Source: Perkinsela sp. CCAP 1560/9 (lineage: Eukaryota > Protista > Euglenozoa: Kinetoplastea). Taken from it: a DNA stretch of 64,000 nucleotides. Shown here in pieces: positions 1 through 12,863 of the stretch. The notes under the pieces are model-generated. The model worked only from the letters and a program-made list of their open reading frames with translations. It was not told the DNA's origin and made no database searches. The position numbers were made by a program, and so were the translations under genes. Every line of letters starts with the position of its first letter. The stretch's first letter is position 1. The stretch is from contig CBFFSA010000045.1 in NCBI GenBank assembly GCA_965644495.1, positions 3,160 to 67,159 of the forward strand, given 5' to 3'.

Positions 1-3000
1 AATACAAAAAGTGGTCTTAATACAAAAAGTGGTCTTAATACAAAAAGTGGTCTTAATACAAAAAGTGGTCTTAATACAAAAAGTGGTCTTAATACAAAAA
101 GTGGTCTTAATACAAAAAGTGGTCTTAATACAAAAAGTGGTCTTAATACAAAAAGTGGTCTTAATACAAAAAGTGGTCTTAATACAAAAAGTGGTCTTAA
201 TACAAAAAGTGGTCTTAATACAAAAAGTGGTCTTAATACAAAAAGTGGTCTTAATACAAAAAGTGGTCTTAATACAAAAAGTGGTCTTAATACAAAAAGT
301 GGTCTTAATACAAAAAGTGGTCTTAATACAAAAAGTGGTCTTAATACAAAAAGTGGTCTTAATACAAAAAGTGGTCTTAATACAAAAAGTGGTCTTAATA
401 CAAAAAGTGGTCTTAATACAAAAAGTGGTCTTAATACAAAAAGTGGTCTTAATACAAAAAGTGGTCTTAATACAAAAAGTGGTCTTAATACAAAAAGTGG
501 TCTTAATACAAAAAGTGGTCTTAATACAAAAAGTGGTCTTAATACAAAAAGTGGTCTTAATACAAAAAGTGGTCTTAATACAAAAAGTGGTCTTAATACA
601 AAAAGTGGTCTTAATACAAAAAGTGGTCTTAATACAAAAAGTGGTCTTAATACAAAAAGTGGTCTTAATACAAAAAGTGGTCTTAATACAAAAAGTGGTC
701 TTAATACAAAAAGTGGTCTTAATACAAAAAGTGGTCTTAATACAAAAAGTGGTCTTAATACAAAAAGTGGTCTTAATACAAAAAGTGGTCTTAATACAAA
801 AAGTGGTCTTAATACAAAAAGTGGTCTTAATACAAAAAGTGGTCTTAATACAAAAAGTGGTCTTAATACAAAAAGTGGTCTTAATACAAAAAGTGGTCTT
901 AATACAAAAAGTGGTCTTAATACAAAAAGTGGTCTTAATACAAAAAGTGGTCTTAATACAAAAAGTGGTCTTAATACAAAAAGTGGTCTTAATACAAAAA
1001 GTGGTCTTAATACAAAAAGTGGTCTTAATACAAAAAGTGGTCTTAATACAAAAAGTGGTCTTAATACAAAAAGTGGTCTTAATACAAAAAGTGGTCTTAA
1101 TACAAAAAGTGGTCTTAATACAAAAAGTGGTCTTAATACAAAAAGTGGTCTTAATACAAAAAGTGGTCTTAATACAAAAAGTGGTCTTAATACAAAAAGT
1201 GGTCTTAATACAAAAAGTGGTCTTAATACAAAAAGTGGTCTTAATACAAAAAGTGGTCTTAATACAAAAAGTGGTCTTAATACAAAAAGTGGTCTTAATA
1301 CAAAAAGTGGTCTTAATACAAAAAGTGGTCTTAATACAAAAAGTGGTCTTAATACAAAAAGTGGTCTTAATACAAAAAGTGGTCTTAATACAAAAAGTGG
1401 TCTTAATACAAAAAGTGGTCTTAATACAAAAAGTGGTCTTAATACAAAAAGTGGTCTTAATACAAAAAGTGGTCTTAATACAAAAAGTGGTCTTAATACA
1501 AAAAGTGGTCTTAATACAAAAAGTGGTCTTAATACAAAAAGTGGTCTTAATACAAAAAGTGGTCTTAATACAAAAAGTGGTCTTAATACAAAAAGTGGTC
1601 TTAATACAAAAAGTGGTCTTAATACAAAAAGTGGTCTTAATACAAAAAGTGGTCTTAATACAAAAAGTGGTCTTAATACAAAAAGTGGTCTTAATACAAA
1701 AAGTGGTCTTAATACAAAAAGTGGTCTTAATACAAAAAGTGGTCTTAATACAAAAAGTGGTCTTAATACAAAAAGTGGTCTTAATACAAAAAGTGGTCTT
1801 AATACAAAAAGTGGTCTTAATACAAAAAGTGGTCTTAATACAAAAAGTGGTCTTAATACAAAAAGTGGTCTTAATACAAAAAGTGGTCTTAATACAAAAA
1901 GTGGTCTTAATACAAAAAGTGGTCTTAATACAAAAAGTGGTCTTAATACAAAAAGTGGTCTTAATACAAAAAGTGGTCTTAATACAAAAAGTGGTCTTAA
2001 TACAAAAAGTGGTCTTAATACAAAAAGTGGTCTTAATACAAAAAGTGGTCTTAATACAAAAAGTGGTCTTAATACAAAAAGTGGTCTTAATACAAAAAGT
2101 GGTCTTAATACAAAAAGTGGTCTTAATACAAAAAGTGGTCTTAATACAAAAAGTGGTCTTAATACAAAAAGTGGTCTTAATACAAAAAGTGGTCTTAATA
2201 CAAAAAGTGGTCTTAATACAAAAAGTGGTCTTAATACAAAAAGTGGTCTTAATACAAAAAGTGGTCTTAATACAAAAAGTGGTCTTAATACAAAAAGTGG
2301 TCTTAATACAAAAAGTGGTCTTAATACAAAAAGTGGTCTTAATACAAAAAGTGGTCTTAATACAAAAAGTGGTCTTAATACAAAAAGTGGTCTTAATACA
2401 AAAAGTGGTCTTAATACAAAAAGTGGTCTTAATACAAAAAGTGGTCTTAATACAAAAAGTGGTCTTAATACAAAAAGTGGTCTTAATACAAAAAGTGGTC
2501 TTAATACAAAAAGTGGTCTTAATACAAAAAGTGGTCTTAATACAAAAAGTGGTCTTAATACAAAAAGTGGTCTTAATACAAAAAGTGGTCTTAATACAAA
2601 AAGTGGTCTTAATACAAAAAGTGGTCTTAATACAAAAAGTGGTCTTAATACAAAAAGTGGTCTTAATACAAAAAGTGGTCTTAATACAAAAAGTGGTCTT
2701 AATACAAAAAGTGGTCTTAATACAAAAAGTGGTCTTAATACAAAAAGTGGTCTTAATACAAAAAGTGGTCTTAATACAAAAAGTGGTCTTAATACAAAAA
2801 GTGGTCTTAATACAAAAAGTGGTCTTAATACAAAAAGTGGTCTTAATACAAAAAGTGGTCTTAATACAAAAAGTGGTCTTAATACAAAAAGTGGTCTTAA
2901 TACAAAAAGTGGTCTTAATACAAAAAGTGGTCTTAATACAAAAAGTGGTCTTAATACAAAAAGTGGTCTTAATACAAAAAGTGGTCTTAATACAAAAAGT

Positions 3001-6000
3001 GGTCTTAATACAAAAAGTGGTCTTAATACAAAAAGTGGTCTTAATACAAAAAGTGGTCTTAATACAAAAAGTGGTCTTAATACAAAAAGTGGTCTTAATA
3101 CAAAAAGTGGTCTTAATACAAAAAGTGGTCTTAATACAAAAAGTGGTCTTAATACAAAAAGTGGTCTTAATACAAAAAGTGGTCTTAATACAAAAAGTGG
3201 TCTTAATACAAAAAGTGGTCTTAATACAAAAAGTGGTCTTAATACAAAAAGTGGTCTTAATACAAAAAGTGGTCTTAATACAAAAAGTGGTCTTAATACA
3301 AAAAGTGGTCTTAATACAAAAAGTGGTCTTAATACAAAAAGTGGTCTTAATACAAAAAGTGGTCTTAATACAAAAAGTGGTCTTAATACAAAAAGTGGTC
3401 TTAATACAAAAAGTGGTCTTAATACAAAAAGTGGTCTTAATACAAAAAGTGGTCTTAATACAAAAAGTGGTCTTAATACAAAAAGTGGTCTTAATACAAA
3501 AAGTGGTCTTAATACAAAAAGTGGTCTTAATACAAAAAGTGGTCTTAATACAAAAAGTGGTCTTAATACAAAAAGTGGTCTTAATACAAAAAGTGGTCTT
3601 AATACAAAAAGTGGTCTTAATACAAAAAGTGGTCTTAATACAAAAAGTGGTCTTAATACAAAAAGTGGTCTTAATACAAAAAGTGGTCTTAATACAAAAA
3701 GTGGTCTTAATACAAAAAGTGGTCTTAATACAAAAAGTGGTCTTAATACAAAAAGTGGTCTTAATACAAAAAGTGGTCTTAATACAAAAAGTGGTCTTAA
3801 TACAAAAAGTGGTCTTAATACAAAAAGTGGTCTTAATACAAAAAGTGGTCTTAATACAAAAAGTGGTCTTAATACAAAAAGTGGTCTTAATACAAAAAGT
3901 GGTCTTAATACAAAAAGTGGTCTTAATACAAAAAGTGGTCTTAATACAAAAAGTGGTCTTAATACAAAAAGTGGTCTTAATACAAAAAGTGGTCTTAATA
4001 CAAAAAGTGGTCTTAATACAAAAAGTGGTCTTAATACAAAAAGTGGTCTTAATACAAAAAGTGGTCTTAATACAAAAAGTGGTCTTAATACAAAAAGTGG
4101 TCTTAATACAAAAAGTGGTCTTAATACAAAAAGTGGTCTTAATACAAAAAGTGGTCTTAATACAAAAAGTGGTCTTAATACAAAAAGTGGTCTTAATACA
4201 AAAAGTGGTCTTAATACAAAAAGTGGTCTTAATACAAAAAGTGGTCTTAATACAAAAAGTGGTCTTAATACAAAAAGTGGTCTTAATACAAAAAGTGGTC
4301 TTAATACAAAAAGTGGTCTTAATACAAAAAGTGGTCTTAATACAAAAAGTGGTCTTAATACAAAAAGTGGTCTTAATACAAAAAGTGGTCTTAATACAAA
4401 AAGTGGTCTTAATACAAAAAGTGGTCTTAATACAAAAAGTGGTCTTAATACAAAAAGTGGTCTTAATACAAAAAGTGGTCTTAATACAAAAAGTGGTCTT
4501 AATACAAAAAGTGGTCTTAATACAAAAAGTGGTCTTAATACAAAAAGTGGTCTTAATACAAAAAGTGGTCTTAATACAAAAAGTGGTCTTAATACAAAAA
4601 GTGGTCTTAATACAAAAAGTGGTCTTAATACAAAAAGTGGTCTTAATACAAAAAGTGGTCTTAATACAAAAAGTGGTCTTAATACAAAAAGTGGTCTTAA
4701 TACAAAAAGTGGTCTTAATACAAAAAGTGGTCTTAATACAAAAAGTGGTCTTAATACAAAAAGTGGTCTTAATACAAAAAGTGGTCTTAATACAAAAAGT
4801 GGTCTTAATACAAAAAGTGGTCTTAATACAAAAAGTGGTCTTAATACAAAAAGTGGTCTTAATACAAAAAGTGGTCTTAATACAAAAAGTGGTCTTAATA
4901 CAAAAAGTGGTCTTAATACAAAAAGTGGTCTTAATACAAAAAGTGGTCTTAATACAAAAAGTGGTCTTAATACAAAAAGTGGTCTTAATACAAAAAGTGG
5001 TCTTAATACAAAAAGTGGTCTTAATACAAAAAGTGGTCTTAATACAAAAAGTGGTCTTAATACAAAAAGTGGTCTTAATACAAAAAGTGGTCTTAATACA
5101 AAAAGTGGTCTTAATACAAAAAGTGGTCTTAATACAAAAAGTGGTCTTAATACAAAAAGTGGTCTTAATACAAAAAGTGGTCTTAATACAAAAAGTGGTC
5201 TTAATACAAAAAGTGGTCTTAATACAAAAAGTGGTCTTAATACAAAAAGTGGTCTTAATACAAAAAGTGGTCTTAATACAAAAAGTGGTCTTAATACAAA
5301 AAGTGGTCTTAATACAAAAAGTGGTCTTAATACAAAAAGTGGTCTTAATACAAAAAGTGGTCTTAATACAAAAAGTGGTCTTAATACAAAAAGTGGTCTT
5401 AATACAAAAAGTGGTCTTAATACAAAAAGTGGTCTTAATACAAAAAGTGGTCTTAATACAAAAAGTGGTCTTAATACAAAAAGTGGTCTTAATACAAAAA
5501 GTGGTCTTAATACAAAAAGTGGTCTTAATACAAAAAGTGGTCTTAATACAAAAAGTGGTCTTAATACAAAAAGTGGTCTTAATACAAAAAGTGGTCTTAA
5601 TACAAAAAGTGGTCTTAATACAAAAAGTGGTCTTAATACAAAAAGTGGTCTTAATACAAAAAGTGGTCTTAATACAAAAAGTGGTCTTAATACAAAAAGT
5701 GGTCTTAATACAAAAAGTGGTCTTAATACAAAAAGTGGTCTTAATACAAAAAGTGGTCTTAATACAAAAAGTGGTCTTAATACAAAAAGTGGTCTTAATA
5801 CAAAAAGTGGTCTTAATACAAAAAGTGGTCTTAATACAAAAAGTGGTCTTAATACAAAAAGTGGTCTTAATACAAAAAGTGGTCTTAATACAAAAAGTGG
5901 TCTTAATACAAAAAGTGGTCTTAATACAAAAAGTGGTCTTAATACAAAAAGTGGTCTTAATACAAAAAGTGGTCTTAATACAAAAAGTGGTCTTAATACA

Positions 6001-8694
6001 AAAAGTGGTCTTAATACAAAAAGTGGTCTTAATACAAAAAGTGGTCTTAATACAAAAAGTGGTCTTAATACAAAAAGTGGTCTTAATACAAAAAGTGGTC
6101 TTAATACAAAAAGTGGTCTTAATACAAAAAGTGGTCTTAATACAAAAAGTGGTCTTAATACAAAAAGTGGTCTTAATACAAAAAGTGGTCTTAATACAAA
6201 AAGTGGTCTTAATACAAAAAGTGGTCTTAATACAAAAAGTGGTCTTAATACAAAAAGTGGTCTTAATACAAAAAGTGGTCTTAATACAAAAAGTGGTCTT
6301 AATACAAAAAGTGGTCTTAATACAAAAAGTGGTCTTAATACAAAAAGTGGTCTTAATACAAAAAGTGGTCTTAATACAAAAAGTGGTCTTAATACAAAAA
6401 GTGGTCTTAATACAAAAAGTGGTCTTAATACAAAAAGTGGTCTTAATACAAAAAGTGGTCTTAATACAAAAAGTGGTCTTAATACAAAAAGTGGTCTTAA
6501 TACAAAAAGTGGTCTTAATACAAAAAGTGGTCTTAATACAAAAAGTGGTCTTAATACAAAAAGTGGTCTTAATACAAAAAGTGGTCTTAATACAAAAAGT
6601 GGTCTTAATACAAAAAGTGGTCTTAATACAAAAAGTGGTCTTAATACAAAAAGTGGTCTTAATACAAAAAGTGGTCTTAATACAAAAAGTGGTCTTAATA
6701 CAAAAAGTGGTCTTAATACAAAAAGTGGTCTTAATACAAAAAGTGGTCTTAATACAAAAAGTGGTCTTAATACAAAAAGTGGTCTTAATACAAAAAGTGG
6801 TCTTAATACAAAAAGTGGTCTTAATACAAAAAGTGGTCTTAATACAAAAAGTGGTCTTAATACAAAAAGTGGTCTTAATACAAAAAGTGGTCTTAATACA
6901 AAAAGTGGTCTTAATACAAAAAGTGGTCTTAATACAAAAAGTGGTCTTAATACAAAAAGTGGTCTTAATACAAAAAGTGGTCTTAATACAAAAAGTGGTC
7001 TTAATACAAAAAGTGGTCTTAATACAAAAAGTGGTCTTAATACAAAAAGTGGTCTTAATACAAAAAGTGGTCTTAATACAAAAAGTGGTCTTAATACAAA
7101 AAGTGGTCTTAATACAAAAAGTGGTCTTAATACAAAAAGTGGTCTTAATACAAAAAGTGGTCTTAATACAAAAAGTGGTCTTAATACAAAAAGTGGTCTT
7201 AATACAAAAAGTGGTCTTAATACAAAAAGTGGTCTTAATACAAAAAGTGGTCTTAATACAAAAAGTGGTCTTAATACAAAAAGTGGTCTTAATACAAAAA
7301 GTGGTCTTAATACAAAAAGTGGTCTTAATACAAAAAGTGGTCTTAATACAAAAAGTGGTCTTAATACAAAAAGTGGTCTTAATACAAAAAGTGGTCTTAA
7401 TACAAAAAGTGGTCTTAATACAAAAAGTGGTCTTAATACAAAAAGTGGTCTTAATACAAAAAGTGGTCTTAATACAAAAAGTGGTCTTAATACAAAAAGT
7501 GGTCTTAATACAAAAAGTGGTCTTAATACAAAAAGTGGTCTTAATACAAAAAGTGGTCTTAATACAAAAAGTGGTCTTAATACAAAAAGTGGTCTTAATA
7601 CAAAAAGTGGTCTTAATACAAAAAGTGGTCTTAATACAAAAAGTGGTCTTAATACAAAAAGTGGTCTTAATACAAAAAGTGGTCTTAATACAAAAAGTGG
7701 TCTTAATACAAAAAGTGGTCTTAATACAAAAAGTGGTCTTAATACAAAAAGTGGTCTTAATACAAAAAGTGGTCTTAATACAAAAAGTGGTCTTAATACA
7801 AAAAGTGGTCTTAATACAAAAAGTGGTCTTAATACAAAAAGTGGTCTTAATACAAAAAGTGGTCTTAATACAAAAAGTGGTCTTAATACAAAAAGTGGTC
7901 TTAATACAAAAAGTGGTCTTAATACAAAAAGTGGTCTTAATACAAAAAGTGGTCTTAATACAAAAAGTGGTCTTAATACAAAAAGTGGTCTTAATACAAA
8001 AAGTGGTCTTAATACAAAAAGTGGTCTTAATACAAAAAGTGGTCTTAATACAAAAAGTGGTCTTAATACAAAAAGTGGTCTTAATACAAAAAGTGGTCTT
8101 AATACAAAAAGTGGTCTTAATACAAAAAGTGGTCTTAATACAAAAAGTGGTCTTAATACAAAAAGTGGTCTTAATACAAAAAGTGGTCTTAATACAAAAA
8201 GTGGTCTTAATACAAAAAGTGGTCTTAATACAAAAAGTGGTCTTAATACAAAAAGTGGTCTTAATACAAAAAGTGGTCTTAATACAAAAAGTGGTCTTAA
8301 TACAAAAAGTGGTCTTAATACAAAAAGTGGTCTTAATACAAAAAGTGGTCTTAATACAAAAAGTGGTCTTAATACAAAAAGTGGTCTTAATACAAAAAGT
8401 GGTCTTAATACAAAAAGTGGTCTTAATACAAAAAGTGGTCTTAATACAAAAAGTGGTCTTAATACAAAAAGTGGTCTTAATACAAAAAGTGGTCTTAATA
8501 CAAAAAGTGGTCTTAATACAAAAAGTGGTCTTAATACAAAAAGTGGTCTTAATACAAAAAGTGGTCTTAATACAAAAAGTGGTCTTAATACAAAAAGTGG
8601 TCTTAATACAAAAAGTGGTCTTAATACAAAAAGTGGTCTTAATACAAAAAGTGGTCTTAATACAAAAAGTGGTCTTAATACAAAAAGTGGTCTT
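1..8694. repeat. 18-bp tandem repeat (AATACAAAAAGTGGTCTT)n, block 1, 483 copies; candidate telomeric or satellite repeat
   Basis: Read directly; 8694/18 = 483; no variant unit seen; runs off the window start. Confidence 0.97.
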
Positions 8695-8928
8695 GGCTCC
8701 ACGGGCACTTCAGTGAGTTTTTGAGACACTTCGATGATTTCTCATCGAAGTGCCTACGTGTCACAGGGTGACTCATCGAAACGTCAATCTTCTCATCGAA
8801 GGTGATTTTAATTGCTTTGGCAAGAAAAAAATCGAGAACATGAAAATAAGAAAGCGGCGACACTGAGAATCTGTGTCTGCCACTTCCGCAGGTTTGTGTA
8901 TTTGTTTTCCTATACTATGACACCTAGT

Positions 8929-9204
8929 TTACGTGTCTGGAGGCAAGGCCCAACTTTGAGCGAAGCCCACTTCTGGAGGCAAAAGCCCCCGTTTGCGAGC
9001 AAGGCCCAACTGTGAGCGTAGCCCTGGGACAAAATTATATTTTTTGGCGACCCGCGCGCTCCATGCGGAGGTGGTGGATATTGGCACGGCGGGCGGAGGA
9101 GGAGTTGGCATCACGGCCTTCTTTTTCCGGCGGGCAGGAGGGAGCGGCAAATTCTCAGGAGCCACTCCTGATTCTTTTGCTTTGGAGCGTGTGAACACTC
9201 CCAT
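8929..9204 (-). CDS. Short 91-aa basic/proline-rich ORF behind a spliced-leader copy (captured retrocopy fragment)
   Basis: ATG lies 23 nt downstream of the SL-like 39-mer at 9228-9266; no recognisable domain. Confidence 0.35.
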   Translation of the reverse strand: MGVFTRSKAKESGVAPENLPLPPARRKKKAVMPTPPPPAVPISTTSAWSARVAKKYNFVPGLRSQLGLARKRGLLPPEVGFAQSWALPPDT

Positions 9205-9227
9205 GAAAGGTAAAAAAAGTAAATAAT

Positions 9228-9266
9228 CAACAAGGTGCAGAAACTGTATCTTTATCGTTAAAGATT
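9228..9266 (-). other. Full-length spliced-leader exon relic (39 nt, one mismatch)
   Basis: Reverse complement reads AATCTTTAACGATAAAGATACAGTTTCTGCACCTTGTTG; contains the euglenozoan ACAGTTTCTGTAC core with one change; not followed by GT. Confidence 0.8.
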
Positions 9267-9289
9267 ATTGTACGTGTGCTTCTCTCTAG

Positions 9290-9530
9290 ATTCGTGGGAA
9301 GCAATTTGCGAAGCCCAACTACCTTGATAACAAATTTTAGTACCCATTTTGGCCGCGCGGGGGCCCCCGCGTGAGCGGGGGTGCGCGCGGCCGCGAAACG
9401 GCGAGGGCCCGCGTGAGCGGGCCTGAGCCGTACCCCGCGTAGGATTCCCCTGTGCGTCGTTAGTGGGAAGCAATTTGCGAAGCTCACTGAATTTCGTAGT
9501 TTTCGCTACGCAGGCGTTGTCAACGTATAT
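9290..9530. repeat. Dispersed GC-rich double-hairpin module (other copies 13459-13699, ~59131-59414, inverted 63651-63967)
   Basis: Two stems each capped by CCCGC-GTGA-GCGGG, bracketed by direct repeat GTGGGAAGCAATTTGCGAAGC. Confidence 0.85.
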
Positions 9531-9993
9531 CTTCTTATAATTTATTCTTAAAAAAAGGGTCCGTTGATTTCTAATGCATTTTTTTACTCCATATTTTCAG
9601 CGTTCTGATATCTTTGCCCCTTCAAGGGCTTTACTTCATACTAATCTGTCTTACAAACAGACTTCCAAAAGACACGCCCCACAGCTACACCCTTCATATT
9701 CATCCCGACGTTTACGCCAACCAGTGCCTCGAGGTCCAACCGAGCAGAATGGGATTTTCGGCGCTCAAGATTAGAGCACGAGAGGTGGAGGATATTAACT
9801 CCGCACTGAGATCGCGCACTGAGGACCTATGTCTGCCACTTCCGCAGTATTGTGTATTTGTTTTTTAGTCGAAAATGCAGCTACCACCTCAAAAGTAATT
9901 AAAATCACCTTCGATGAGTTTCTTTCGTTTCGATGAGTTTCGTTTTGACACGTGGGCGTTTCGATGAGTACTCACGGAAGTGTCCTCGTACCC

Positions 9994-12863
9994 GTGGTCT
10001 TAATACAAAAAGTGGTCTTAATACAAAAAGTGGTCTTAATACAAAAAGTGGTCTTAATACAAAAAGTGGTCTTAATACAAAAAGTGGTCTTAATACAAAA
10101 AGTGGTCTTAATACAAAAAGTGGTCTTAATACAAAAAGTGGTCTTAATACAAAAAGTGGTCTTAATACAAAAAGTGGTCTTAATACAAAAAGTGGTCTTA
10201 ATACAAAAAGTGGTCTTAATACAAAAAGTGGTCTTAATACAAAAAGTGGTCTTAATACAAAAAGTGGTCTTAATACAAAAAGTGGTCTTAATACAAAAAG
10301 TGGTCTTAATACAAAAAGTGGTCTTAATACAAAAAGTGGTCTTAATACAAAAAGTGGTCTTAATACAAAAAGTGGTCTTAATACAAAAAGTGGTCTTAAT
10401 ACAAAAAGTGGTCTTAATACAAAAAGTGGTCTTAATACAAAAAGTGGTCTTAATACAAAAAGTGGTCTTAATACAAAAAGTGGTCTTAATACAAAAAGTG
10501 GTCTTAATACAAAAAGTGGTCTTAATACAAAAAGTGGTCTTAATACAAAAAGTGGTCTTAATACAAAAAGTGGTCTTAATACAAAAAGTGGTCTTAATAC
10601 AAAAAGTGGTCTTAATACAAAAAGTGGTCTTAATACAAAAAGTGGTCTTAATACAAAAAGTGGTCTTAATACAAAAAGTGGTCTTAATACAAAAAGTGGT
10701 CTTAATACAAAAAGTGGTCTTAATACAAAAAGTGGTCTTAATACAAAAAGTGGTCTTAATACAAAAAGTGGTCTTAATACAAAAAGTGGTCTTAATACAA
10801 AAAGTGGTCTTAATACAAAAAGTGGTCTTAATACAAAAAGTGGTCTTAATACAAAAAGTGGTCTTAATACAAAAAGTGGTCTTAATACAAAAAGTGGTCT
10901 TAATACAAAAAGTGGTCTTAATACAAAAAGTGGTCTTAATACAAAAAGTGGTCTTAATACAAAAAGTGGTCTTAATACAAAAAGTGGTCTTAATACAAAA
11001 AGTGGTCTTAATACAAAAAGTGGTCTTAATACAAAAAGTGGTCTTAATACAAAAAGTGGTCTTAATACAAAAAGTGGTCTTAATACAAAAAGTGGTCTTA
11101 ATACAAAAAGTGGTCTTAATACAAAAAGTGGTCTTAATACAAAAAGTGGTCTTAATACAAAAAGTGGTCTTAATACAAAAAGTGGTCTTAATACAAAAAG
11201 TGGTCTTAATACAAAAAGTGGTCTTAATACAAAAAGTGGTCTTAATACAAAAAGTGGTCTTAATACAAAAAGTGGTCTTAATACAAAAAGTGGTCTTAAT
11301 ACAAAAAGTGGTCTTAATACAAAAAGTGGTCTTAATACAAAAAGTGGTCTTAATACAAAAAGTGGTCTTAATACAAAAAGTGGTCTTAATACAAAAAGTG
11401 GTCTTAATACAAAAAGTGGTCTTAATACAAAAAGTGGTCTTAATACAAAAAGTGGTCTTAATACAAAAAGTGGTCTTAATACAAAAAGTGGTCTTAATAC
11501 AAAAAGTGGTCTTAATACAAAAAGTGGTCTTAATACAAAAAGTGGTCTTAATACAAAAAGTGGTCTTAATACAAAAAGTGGTCTTAATACAAAAAGTGGT
11601 CTTAATACAAAAAGTGGTCTTAATACAAAAAGTGGTCTTAATACAAAAAGTGGTCTTAATACAAAAAGTGGTCTTAATACAAAAAGTGGTCTTAATACAA
11701 AAAGTGGTCTTAATACAAAAAGTGGTCTTAATACAAAAAGTGGTCTTAATACAAAAAGTGGTCTTAATACAAAAAGTGGTCTTAATACAAAAAGTGGTCT
11801 TAATACAAAAAGTGGTCTTAATACAAAAAGTGGTCTTAATACAAAAAGTGGTCTTAATACAAAAAGTGGTCTTAATACAAAAAGTGGTCTTAATACAAAA
11901 AGTGGTCTTAATACAAAAAGTGGTCTTAATACAAAAAGTGGTCTTAATACAAAAAGTGGTCTTAATACAAAAAGTGGTCTTAATACAAAAAGTGGTCTTA
12001 ATACAAAAAGTGGTCTTAATACAAAAAGTGGTCTTAATACAAAAAGTGGTCTTAATACAAAAAGTGGTCTTAATACAAAAAGTGGTCTTAATACAAAAAG
12101 TGGTCTTAATACAAAAAGTGGTCTTAATACAAAAAGTGGTCTTAATACAAAAAGTGGTCTTAATACAAAAAGTGGTCTTAATACAAAAAGTGGTCTTAAT
12201 ACAAAAAGTGGTCTTAATACAAAAAGTGGTCTTAATACAAAAAGTGGTCTTAATACAAAAAGTGGTCTTAATACAAAAAGTGGTCTTAATACAAAAAGTG
12301 GTCTTAATACAAAAAGTGGTCTTAATACAAAAAGTGGTCTTAATACAAAAAGTGGTCTTAATACAAAAAGTGGTCTTAATACAAAAAGTGGTCTTAATAC
12401 AAAAAGTGGTCTTAATACAAAAAGTGGTCTTAATACAAAAAGTGGTCTTAATACAAAAAGTGGTCTTAATACAAAAAGTGGTCTTAATACAAAAAGTGGT
12501 CTTAATACAAAAAGTGGTCTTAATACAAAAAGTGGTCTTAATACAAAAAGTGGTCTTAATACAAAAAGTGGTCTTAATACAAAAAGTGGTCTTAATACAA
12601 AAAGTGGTCTTAATACAAAAAGTGGTCTTAATACAAAAAGTGGTCTTAATACAAAAAGTGGTCTTAATACAAAAAGTGGTCTTAATACAAAAAGTGGTCT
12701 TAATACAAAAAGTGGTCTTAATACAAAAAGTGGTCTTAATACAAAAAGTGGTCTTAATACAAAAAGTGGTCTTAATACAAAAAGTGGTCTTAATACAAAA
12801 AGTGGTCTTAATACAAAAAGTGGTCTTAATACAAAAAGTGGTCTTAATACAAAAAGTGGTCTT
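9994..12863. repeat. 18-bp tandem repeat, block 2 (~159 copies)
   Basis: Read directly. Confidence 0.97.

Larger units (their letters stand above)
8695..9993. mobile_element. Non-autonomous TIR DNA transposon (Merlin-like), copy 1, 1299 bp
   Basis: Flanked by 8-bp direct repeat GTGGTCTT (8687-8694, 9994-10001). Ends are GGCTCC...GTACCC. Imperfect TIRs of ~105-125 bp are built from CTCATCGAA motifs (CTCATCGAAGGTGATTTTAATT at ~8792 is matched by its reverse complement at ~9897). No transposase ORF. GG/CC termini with 8-9-bp TSD are typical of the Merlin/IS1595 superfamily. Confidence 0.75.

Noticed and set aside
8730-8810. Hammerhead ribozyme core
   Set aside because: The motif is TCGATGA, not CTGATGA, and is explained by TIR subrepeats
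9424-9465. Group II intron domain V (GAGCCGTA start)
   Set aside because: The 3' arm does not pair back as in domain V, and there is no GNRA-capped DV stem or domain VI
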